64,000 nt of DNA, taken from Phoronis australis (lineage: Eukaryota; Animalia; Phoronida). Where the stretch lies: positions 151,898-215,897 of the forward strand of contig NMRA01000145.1 of NCBI GenBank assembly GCA_002633005.1. Direction: 5' to 3'. The translations under genes were made by a program, and so were the position numbers. The notes under the pieces were generated by a model that saw only the letters and a list, made by a program, of their open reading frames with translations, was not told where the DNA came from and ran no database searches. Of the stretch, positions 1-11,203 are shown piece by piece (the stretch's first letter is position 1; every line of letters starts with the position of its first letter).

Positions 1-756
1 ATACATGCCAATTTTCACAATCATCCTTAGAGCGGTTTGGTTGATAGAGGGGTGGACACACAAAAACAGACTCGAAAACACTAAAAATGGCCACTAGGTG
101 GTGCAAACTATGTCGAATCCATCTGAAAACGGGAGGATAGCGTCACCTCACTAATAGGTGCCTACATACCAAATTTCACGAAAATCCGTTCAGGACTTTT
201 GAAGATACAAAGGTAAGCGTAAAAAATTAAAACTGCCACTAGGGGGCACAACGGTAGTCAGATCCATCCGAAAGTTCGCACATGCCGTCCCATTCATGAA
301 TGGAACATATGTGCCAAATTTCATGAACGTATGCCAAAGGGTTTTGGAGATAAAGCAGCGGACGTCGGACAGATGCCGCCCGGACGGACGGGCCGACGGA
401 CGGACATCCAATCAATCCGCAAACTGGTATGTGTCATCAAAGCTTTTTACCAAATTTCATATAAATCCGTCAAGGAAATTCTGAGAAACCAAGGGAAAAC
501 GAAAAAAATAAAATTGTCAGTAAGAGGATACAGGCGCAGAAAAAATATAACTGCCACAGTAGATGAAGTTGTCGGAAAATCATCGTCAGAGTGGTTTGGT
601 TGACAGCGGGGCAGATGCTAAACAACAAGATTCGAAAACAGTAGAAATGTCCAATAAGTGCCGCGACATACCACAAATCAAACCAAACACCAGAGGACGG
701 TGGACACCCAGACAGATATGATGGCAATATGCTATAACATATAAATATGTGGGTGC

Positions 757-2890
757 ATAAAAAATGGACAGGTCCCTGTTGACTGAGGGCCTATTGAAAA
801 AATGGACAGGTCCGTAAAGACTGAGGGCCTAACAAAAAGGAAAGGTCTGTATCGACTGATGGTCCAATGAAAAATAGGCAGGTCGTATCAACTGATGGCC
901 TTATGAAAAAATGAATAGTCCTGTATCATTGATGGCCTAATGGAAAAATGGAAAGGTCCGTCTAGACAGATGGCCTAATCAGAAAATGGACAGGTCCGTA
1001 TCAACTCATGCCTACTTAAAAATGGAAAGGTCCGTATCGACTGATGGCATAACGCGAAAATGGAAAGGTACGTATCGACTGATGCCTAATAAGAAAACGG
1101 ACAGGTCCGTATCAACTGATGGCCTAATGAATAAAGCGTCCATGTATAAATATGTTGGAGCATAGAAATGGACAGGTCTGTATCAAGTGATGGCCTAATG
1201 AGGAAATGAGCAGGTCCGAATAAATTGATGCCCCAAATGAAAAATGGACAGGTCCATATCAACTGATGGCCTAATGAAAAATGGACAGGTCTGTATTGAT
1301 TAATGACCTAATGAAAAAATGGGCAGATCTGTATCTACTAATGGCGTAATTGAAAAATAGACAGAAACCTATCGACTAATAGCTTAATGAAAAAATGGAC
1401 AGGTCCGCATCTACTAATAACCTAATGAAAAAATGGACAGGTCCGTATTGACTAATGGCCTGATGGAAAAATGGACAGGTCCGTATCGACTAATAGTCTA
1501 ATGAAAAAATGGACAGCTNNNNNNNNNNNNNNNNNNNNNNNNNNNNNNNNNNNNNNNNNNNNNNNNNNNNNNNNNNNNNNNNNNNNNNNNNNNNNNNNNN
1601 NNNNNNNNNNNNNNNNNNNNNNNNNNNNNNNNNNNNNNNNNNNNNNNNNNNNNNNNNNNNNNNNNNNNNNNNNNNNNNNNNNNNNNNNNNNNNNNNNNNN
1701 NNNNNNNNNNNNNNNNNNNNNNNNNNNNNNNNNNNNNNNNNNNNNNNNNNNNNNNNNNNNNNNNNNNNNNNNNNNNNNNNNNNNNNNNNNNNNNNNNNNN
1801 NNNNNNNNNNNNNNNNNNNNNNNNNNNNNNNNNNNNNNNAGGTCGTATCAACTGATGGCCTTATGAAAAAATGAATAGTCCTGTATCATTGATGGCCTAA
1901 TGGAAAAAAGGAAAGGTCCGTCTAGACAGATGGCCTAATCAGAAAATGGACAGGTCCGTATCAACTGCCTACTTAAAAATGGAAAGGTCCGTATCGACTG
2001 ATGGCATAACGCGAAAATGGAAAGGTACGTATCGACTGATGCCTAATAAGAAAACGGACAGGTCAGTATCAACTGACCTAATGAAAAAATGGGCAGATCT
2101 GTATCTACTAATGGCGTAATTGAAAAATAGACAGAAACCTATCGACTAATAGCTTAATGAAAAAATGGACAGGTCCGCATCTACTAATAACATAATGAAA
2201 AAATGGACAGGCCCGTATTGACTAATGGCCTAATGAAAAAAGGACAGGGCTGTACCAATTAATGGCCTAATGAAAAATGGACAGGTCTGTAATGACTAAT
2301 GGCCTGATAAAAAATGGACAGGTCCGTAGCGACTGATGGCTTAATGAAAAAAGGGACAGCAACCTATCGACAAATAGCCAAATGAAAAAATGGACAGGTC
2401 CGTATGGACTAATAGCCTAATGAACAAATGGACAGGTTCGTATCGACTGAAGGCTTTAAGAAAAAATGGACAGGTTCGCATCAACTAATGGCCTAATGAG
2501 AAAATGGACAGGTTCGTATCAACTAATGGCCTAATGAAAAAACGGACAAGTCAATTTGCAATAATGGCCTAATAAAAATGAACAGGTCCGTATACACTAT
2601 TGGCCTAATGAAAAAATGGATAGGTCCGTACCAATTCATGGCCTAATGAAAAAATGGACAGTTCTGTATCTACTTATGGCCTAATTAAAAAATGGAAAGG
2701 TCCCTATCGACTAATAGCCTAATGAAAAAATGGACAGGTCCGTACAGATTAACGGTCTCATGAATAAATGGACAGGTCCATATCTACTAATGGCCTAATG
2801 AAAAAATAGACAGGTCTGTATCGACTGATGGCCTGATGAAAAAATGAACAGGTCAGTATAAACTGATGGCCTAATGAAAAAATGGACAGG
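757..2890 (+). repeat. 38-bp minisatellite array, consensus CTAATGAAAAAATGGACAGGTCCGTATCGACTAATGGC; contains the N gap 1519-1839
   Basis: Directly visible diverged tandem units. Confidence 0.95.
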
Positions 2891-3937
2891 CACACTGGGA
2901 GTCAAATCCATTCGAAACTCGTCGTCATCTATTGTCAACATCATATAAATACGTTTCCAGAATTTAGTAAATATCCTGCCAACTGTTTGGAAGATACAGT
3001 CATGGGCGCGAAAAGAGACAAAACTGCCACTAGGAAGCACCACAGTAGTCGAAATCGTCAGCCGTCCTCTTCATAATAAAAACATGCATGCCAATTTCCA
3101 CAATCATCTTTAGAGCGGTTTGCTTGATAGAGGGGTGGATGCCAAAAAACAGACTCAAAAACAGCAAAAATTGCCACTAGGTGGCGCAAACTATGTCGAA
3201 TCCATCCAAAAATGGGAGTATAGCTTGATCTCATTAATAGGTGCCTATAATTCCAACTTTTATGAAAATACCTTGAGGACCTTTGACGATAGAGGTAAAT
3301 GCAAAAAAATAAATTGCCACTAGGGGGCAGAGCGGTAGTCAGAGCCGTCGGAAAGTCGTCATCATCCAGAGTTATCACTATACAAATACACATGCAAGAT
3401 CCTGCCAATGGTTTAGGTTATACAGCCATGGGCGCAAAGAGACAAAACTCCCACTAGGAGGCACCACAGTAGTTGAAGTCATCGCAAAATCATGGTCAGC
3501 CACCCTCTTCATAGTAAGAACATACATAACAATTTTCACAATCATCCTGAAAGCAGTTTGGTTCATAGAGGGGTGGACGCCAAAAAAAGACTCGAAAACT
3601 GCAAGAATGGCCACTAGGTGGCCCAAACTTTGTTGACGGGATGATAGCGTCATCTCACTAATAGATGCCTATATGCCAAATTTTAGGAAAATATGCTTAC
3701 GACCTTTGAAGTTATAGAGGTAAGCGTAAAAAAATTAAATTGCCACTAGGGGGCACACTGGTAGTCGAATCCGTCTGAAAGTTTACTCATGCCGTCCCAA
3801 CTATGATAGAAACATATGTGCCAAATTTCATGAATGTACGTCAAAAGGTTTTGGAGATAGAGCAGCAGACGCCAGGCACCGGACGGACGGACGGAGACAA
3901 CGGCATAATGCGTCCACATATAAATATGTGAGCGCAT

Positions 3938-4285
3938 AAAAAATGGACAGGTCGCTAACGACTAATGACCTAATGAAAAAATGAACAGGTCCATATGGAC
4001 TAATGGCTTAATGNTAATAAAAAATGGACAGAAACCTATCGACTAATAGCCTAATGAAAAAATGGGCAGGTCCGTATGGACTAATGGCCTAATGAAAAAA
4101 TGGACAGGTCCGTATCGACTAATGGCCTAATGAAAAAATAGACAGGTTCATATGGACTGATGGCCTAATGTAAAAATGGACAGGTTCGCATCAACTAATA
4201 GGCTAATGAGAAAATGGAGAGGTTCGTATCAACTCATGGCCTAATGAAAAATGGACAGGTCCGTATCGAATGAAGACCTAATGAG
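3938..4285 (+). repeat. 38-bp minisatellite array (same family)
   Basis: Tandem units start immediately after the hairpin at 3908-3937. Confidence 0.9.
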
Positions 4286-5308
4286 ACAAGAGCAAGTTAG
4301 AGTGTTGAAATGCGCCTATGAATGCATCTGTATCACAAAAATGGACACTAGATAGTGCAAAACGTTAAATCCATCTGAAAACAGAATATGAAATCACTTC
4401 TTTAGTAGAAAGCTATTTACCGAATTTCAAAAAAATCGGTCAAGCAACTTCAGAGAAACAAAGGAAAACAGAAAAAACATGACATTTCAACTAGGGGGCA
4501 CAATGTCCGCTCAAAGACATCGCCTATTGTTAGCTTCACATCAATACCTTGAATCTAACTGAAAATGGGGGGATAGCGACATCTCACCAATAGACGATTA
4601 CATTCCAAATTTTATGAAAATACATTGAGGACTTTTGAAGATACAGATGCAAAAGTAAAAAACTAAAATTGCAACTAGAAGGCACATTGGTGGTTCGATG
4701 AGTGCCAAAGGCATCATCATGCGTTGTCAACATCAAATACATAAACTTGCTAAATTTAGTAAAGATCCCGCAAACAGTTCAGGAGATACACCATGGGCAC
4801 AAACAACACAAAACTGTCACTAGGAGGTGCCACAGTAGTCGAAGTCATTGGTAAATCATCGTCAGCTTCGTAGTAAGAACACACATGCCAATTTTCACAA
4901 TCATCCTTAGTGCGGTTTGCCTGATAGAGTGGTGGATGCCAAAAAACAGACTAAAAAACATTAAAAATGGCCACAAGGTGGCGCAAACTACGTCAAGTCC
5001 ATCCGAAAAAGGAGGATAGCTTCATCTCACTAATAGATGCCTATATGCCAAATTTTAGGAAAATACACTTACGACCTTTGAAGTTATAGAGGTAAGCGTA
5101 AAAAAATAAAATTGCCACTAGGGGGCACACTGGTAGTCGAATCCGTCTGAAAGTTTACTCATGCCGTCCCAACTATGATAGAAACATATGTGCAAAATTT
5201 GATGAATGTACGTCAAAAGGTTTTGGAGATAGAGCAGCAGACGCCAGGCACCGGACGGACGGACGGAGACAACGGCATAATGCGTCCACATATAAATATG
5301 TGAGCGCG

Positions 5309-6945
5309 TAAAAAATGGACAGGTCGCTAACGACTAATGACCTAATGAAAAAATGAACAGGTCCATATGGACTAATGGCTTAATGAAAAAATGGAAAGGT
5401 CTGTATAGACTAATGCCCTAATGACAAAATGGACGGATCTGTATGCACTAATGGCCAATGAAAAAATGAACAGGTCGGTATTGACTAATGGCCTAATGAA
5501 AATATGGAAATCCGTATCGACTAATAGCCTAATGAAAAAACGGAAAGGTCCATATCGACTGATGGCCTAATGAAAAAATTGACAGGTCCGTATCGATTAA
5601 TTACCTAATGAAAAAATGGACAGGTCTGTTTCTACTAATGGCCTAATTAAAAAATGAACAGGTCGGTATTGACTAATGGCCTAATGAACAAATGGACAGG
5701 TCCGTATGGACTAATGGCCTAATGAAAAAAATGGACAGGTCTGTACCAATTAATGGCCTGATGAAAAAATAGACAGGTCCGCATCTTCTAATAACCCAAT
5801 GAAAAAATGGACAGGTCCGTATCCACTAATGGCCTAATGAAAAAAATGGACAGGTCTGTACCAATTAATGGCCTAATGAAAAAATGGACAGGTCCGCATC
5901 TTCTAATAACCCAATGAAAAAATGGACAGGTCCGTATCGACTAATGGCCTGATAGAAAATGGACAGGTCCGTATCGACTAATAGCCTAATGAAGAAATGG
6001 ACAGGTCTGTATAGACTAATGGCCTAATGAAAAAATGGACAGGTCCGTATGGACTAGTGGCCTAATGAAAAAACGGCAAGGTCCAAACTGATTAATGGCC
6101 TAATGAAAAATGGGCAGGTCCATATCGACTGATGGCCTAATGAAAAAAATGGACAGGGCCGTATTGATTAATGACCTAATAAAAAAAGGGACAGGTCTGT
6201 TTCTACTAATGGCCTAATTAAAAACTGGACAGCAACCTATCGACTAATAGCCAAATGAAAAAATGGACAGGTCCGTATGCACTAATGGCCAAATGAAAAA
6301 ATGAATAGGTCGGTATCAATTAATGGCCAAACGAAAAAAAGGTACACATCCGTACCGATTAATGGTTTCATGAAAAAATGGACAGTTCTGTATCTACTAA
6401 TGGCCTAATTAAAAAATGGATAGGTCCCTATTGACTAATAGCCTAATCACAAATGGACAGGTCTGTATGGACTAATGGCCTAATGAAATAATGGACACGT
6501 CTATACCGATTAATGGCCTGATGAAAAAATGGACAGGCCCGTATCAACTAATGGCCTAATGAAAAAATGGACAGGTCTGTATCAACTAATGGTGTAATGA
6601 AAAAACGGACAGGTTCGTATCGACTGATGGCCTGATGAAAAAAATGGACAGGTCAGCATCAACTGATGGCCTAATGATAAAATGGACAGGTTGGTATTGA
6701 CTAATGGTCTGATGAAAAAATGGACAGGTCCGTATGGACTAATGGCCTAATGAAAAATTGGAACAAGTCCATATCAACTAATGGCCTAATGAAAAAATGG
6801 ACAGGTCTGTATCGACTGATGGCCTGATGAAAAAATGGACAGGTCAGATTAACTGATGGCCTAGTGAAAAAATGGACAGGTCCGTATCGGCTGACAGCCT
6901 AATTAAAAATGGTCAGGTCGGTATCGACTGATGGCCCTATGAAAC
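5309..6945 (+). repeat. 38-bp minisatellite array (same family, roughly 40 units)
   Basis: Tandem units start immediately after the hairpin at 5279-5308. Confidence 0.95.
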
Positions 6946-7168
6946 AAAAACATCACGGATCGTTGAAATGCACCCAAGGATGCACCACAAACTGTTTTCT
7001 TCTAGGAATGTTGATTGCGAAAATAAAAATGACTACTAGATGATACAAAATTTGTCGAATCCATTTGAAAACTGGCATCAAAGTTATTTACCAAATTTTA
7101 TATAAATCCGTCATGGAACTTCTGAGAAACCGAGAAAAACGAAAAAATTAAATTGCCACTGGGAGGCN

Positions 7169-8237
7169 TATCTATCGGGTTTGGCGAATCCCTCAAGATC
7201 ACGCAAGTGTAACGCAATATCGTACAACTTCTAAAATCACCAACAGACTAGCAAAATGGCTGCGACTGACAGTGATTGGAGGAATTGGCTGGAATGTTGA
7301 ATTGTGGGAGAAAATGGCATATGATCACCCAGAAATCCTACTTCCACTATATAACCCATGATTTCTCACTGCAAACGTCTTACGACTGACTGAGGTTAGT
7401 GAATGTAGCCCTAGTTATGGGTCAAACAAGTCAACATTACCTGGTTCATAGTCCATGTCGCTGGTGAAGACATTCTTGACGTACATGTTGGCACACAGCC
7501 TGACGCTCTTGGTGTAAGAGTACCTCTTATTGAGGTACATGGATAGAATGTACTGCAGATCTAGACGTAGCAGCGTCCAGCGAGTGGTCAACGGTGCTGG
7601 ACCACCATGGTCTAGACAAATAGAGACAGAAAAGGTGACAAAACGTTTTGAGCATTTAGAGCTGCACAAGTGGCCAAGATGTTACGGAGGTCTAGACGCA
7701 ACAGTGTCCAGCGAGTGGTGAAAGAAGCTAGAGTGCCATGCTCTACACAGAGACGGAGATGCAAAACAAAGACAAGTAGATAACATTAGTACCATACAGT
7801 AGCTGATTCCACAAAAAGCAACCATTAATTATTGCAGAGGCTCCAGACAGATTTTTTATAATTTCATCTTTAGGCATGCAGATGAAAAATCACGCTATAA
7901 AATATAATTAAAATTGCCTGCGTCAATATTAATATCCAAAACCACTTTCTTTTAATTTGACAAAAAAATGAGACAAAATTAACAAAGAATCTAAGTGAAT
8001 TTACCTAGTCCTGAATCAGATCTATGAGAAAGCTGAAACCAGGGGCATGCTATATGTCGAAAAGAAAGCATTTATTCACACGAAAATTCACTTATGAAAG
8101 ACTAGCATTGCCAAATAAACCCCTAGCTTCATTTCGTCCTCAACCCACACTTTTCAAGCATGTGGACTCACCCTTGCTCCCCTCTCCCAAGGCACCGCAC
8201 AGTGTGCCCTTGGCAGCGTGGCACACGTAAGGGAACT
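7169..8237 (-). other. Near-identical copy of 14772-15836 (WDR90 exon 5 plus part of exon 4); probable misplaced allelic contig
   Basis: Only a few SNPs and indels versus 14772-15836; bounded by single n at 7168 and 8238; exon 4 is cut mid-exon at the n. Confidence 0.8.
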
Positions 8238-11071
8238 NGGCACACCGGTAGTCGGATCCGTCCGAAAGTTCGCACATGCCGTCCCATTCATGAATGGAAC
8301 ATATGTGCCAAATTCCACGAACGTATGTCAAAGGGTTTTGGAGATAGAACAGCGGACGCCGGACGGACGCCGCCCGGACGGACGGACGGACGGACAGAGA
8401 TGACGGCATAATGCGTCCACATATAAATATGTGGGCGCATAAAAATGGTCAGGTCGGTATCGACTGATGGCCCAATGAAACAAAAACATCACGGATCGTT
8501 GAAATGCACTTAAAGGATGCACCACAAACTGTTTTCTTCTAGGAATGTTGATTGCGAAAATAAAAATTACTAGATGATACAAAATTTGTCGAATCCATTT
8601 GAAAACTGGTATCAAAGTTATTTAGCAAATTTTATATAAATCCGTCATGGAACTTCTGAGAAACCGAGAAAAACGAAAAAATTAAATTGCCACTGGGAGG
8701 CTACAGGAACAAAAAATCATAAGTGTCACTAAGAGGTGCCAGATGAAGTCAGAAAATTATCGTCAGACTTCCTCTTCACATTAGGAACGTACAGGCCAAT
8801 TTCCACAACCATCTTTACAGTGGTTTGGTTGACAGAGGGGCAGACGCCAAATAACAAGACTTGAAAACAGTAAAAATGACCACTAGGTGGCACAAAATAC
8901 CACGAATAAAATCGAAATCTGGAAGCTTGCGTCAACTCAATAATGGATAACTTTATGCCAAATTTTAAGAAAATCTGTTGAGGACCTTTGAAGATATAGA
9001 GTTAAAATTAAAAAACAAAAATTACAACTAGGGAGCACAGCGGTAGTCCAATCCATCCAAAAGTCATCGTCGTTTAATGTCAAGTTCATATAAATACACT
9101 TGCCAACTTTAATAAAGATGCTGCAAAGGGTTTAGGAGATTTAACCATGGGCTTAAAAATCTGCCACAGTTGTCGCGGTCGTCGGAAAATCATCGTCAAC
9201 CCTGCTCTTCATATTAGGAACGTACACGCCGATTTCCACAACCATCTTTAGAGTGGTTTAGTTTATAAAAGGGCAGACGCCAAATAACAAGACTCAAAAA
9301 CAGCAAAAATGGCCACTAGGTGATGCCAAATGCCTCGAATTCAACCAAAAAACAGATGATAGCATCATCTCACTAATAGATGTATTTCTACCAAATTTTA
9401 TGAAAATCCTTTGACAACCTTTGAAGATGCAGTGGCAACCTTAAAAAAACTGAAATTGCCACTAGGGGACACACCGGTAGTCCAATCTGTCTGAAAGTCA
9501 TCGTCTTCTGTAGTCAAAGTCGTCGGAAATTCAACGTCAGCCGCCCAATTCACAGTAAGAACAAATATGCCAACTTTCAAAGTCATCCCTATAGCGGTTT
9601 GGCTGATAGGACAGGCGCCAAAAAAACAGACTAGAAAACAGTAGGTGGCGCAAAATACCTCGANGGTTTAGTTTATAAAAGGGCAGACGCCAAATAACAA
9701 GACTCGAAAACAGTAAAAATGGCCACTAGGTGACGCCAAATGCAGATGCAGTGGCAACCTTAAAAAACTAAAATTGCCACTAGGGGACACACCGGTAGTC
9801 CAATCTGTCTGAAAGTCATCGTCTTCTGTAGTCAAAGTCGTCGGAAATTCAACATCAGCCGCCCAATTCACAGTAAGAACAAATATGCCAACTTTCAAAG
9901 TCATTCCTATAGCGGTTTGGCTGATAGGACAGGCGCCAAAAAAACAGACTAGAAAACAGTAGGTGGCGCAAAATACCTCGAATCTGCCTGGAAGGATGGC
10001 ATCATCTCACTAATAGATGCCTAACTGCCTAATTTTTTTGAAAATCCATGTAGGACCAACAAGCATAAAAAACTAAAATTGCCACTAGGGAGGCACACTG
10101 GTAGTCAAAGAGGTTCGAAATTCGTCGTCGTCTGTCATCGGCTTCATAGGAACACATCTTCCAAATCTCATGAAGATCCTGTGGCGGTTTAGGAAATACA
10201 GCTGCGGACACCAGATGACGGACAGCCAGACAAAGATGAAAGCAATATGCAACCACACATAACTATGTGGGCACATAAAAACAAAATAAAATAGAAAAGA
10301 CCTCACTCAAGAAAATCTTTTCATTACTAAATACACTAGCCCATGTCATCACTGTCACATGTCTAGAATTATGTCAAAACAAATTAAGAATCACACACTG
10401 TTTTGCTATCACACTATAACACATGTATGCCCTTTTCAGGACAAGAACAAACAACTTTCATTATGGAGTATATATCAATTGTTCAATAAATTAAATAACT
10501 TTCCAATTAAAGTTATACTGAGCACTGTTCGAGTAACTTGACTACTACCTTGGGACAACCAGTTTCACGTAATGACGAGTGCTGAATGTTTTGAGTCAAT
10601 TTTACAATCTTAACAAAAAACAAGTCATCAAAAAGCAAGGTAACACATCTTGTTTTCTATGGTCAACACTGAAGTCAGAACAGAGCTCAACGGTAATATT
10701 TATGGCTTAATAAACCCCTTCATTCTTATTTATCTTACTTCAATTTTTTGACTCCCACCCCCAAGTAGCGCTTAAACAAATTGCTACAGAGATCAGGAAA
10801 TGTTTCTCTAAACAAACTTTTGGTATCTGAATTTTGTTTACAGAATGATCAACCTTTTATCTGTGCCTGGTAAAGATTTTTTCATGAAAATCACACATCA
10901 AATACATGGAAAGACGCACTGATAAATAAATGTTCCACAAGCCCTTTTTTGAACCACACAAGATAAAATTTAAAGTTGACTATTCTAAGCCAGATCTTGG
11001 ATAATTGACTTAAGTGCAAATCTAATGATATACTGATGGACAAGAATCAATACAATGGGACCTGCACTCAC

Positions 11072-11203
11072 TTCTTCCAGACTAGATTTTGTTCTGGGGT
11101 GCGCGTACACGTGAACATCATCCTGATCAGTCACTGACATGCTCTCGTTCGAATCAACATTCACGTACGGCAGTTCACCAGTAACCAGGTGTGCGCGCTT
11201 CTT
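11072..11203 (-). CDS. WDR90: WDR90 coding exon 9 (KKRAHLVTGELPYV...KSSLEE), 132 nt
   Basis: ttttacAG acceptor, GTGAGT donor, phase 0-0, open frame. Confidence 0.8.

Larger units (their letters stand above)
1..10280 (-). mobile_element. Complex array of Helentron/DINE-1-like non-autonomous elements with internal ~145-bp tandem monomers and interleaved 38-bp minisatellite blocks, apparently within a WDR90 intron
   Basis: Recurrent terminal hairpin ATGCGTCCACATAT-AA-ATATGTGGGCGCAT followed by an A-run at ~729-758, 3908-3937, 5279-5308, 8411-8440 and 10247-10276. Most are next to a (GGAC)n/(GTCC)n microsatellite and then degenerate ~130-160-bp monomers. This is the layout of DINE-1/HINE/pearl-type elements. 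No transposase ORF. Confidence 0.6.

Noticed and set aside
1471-1874. ORFs spanning the N gap
   Set aside because: Artefacts of translating N
757-6945. 38-bp repeats as a CRISPR array
   Set aside because: Units are directly tandem and diverged, with no unique spacers or cas genes, in a spliceosomal-intron context
7169-8237. Helitron capture of WDR90 exons
   Set aside because: Both ends are single-n assembly joins and the copy is near-identical to 14772-15836, so a misplaced allelic contig is simpler; long reads would settle it
10549-10581. Possible 33-nt WDR90 exon (HSSLRETGCPK)
   Set aside because: Phase fits, but splice signals are weak and there is no homology support
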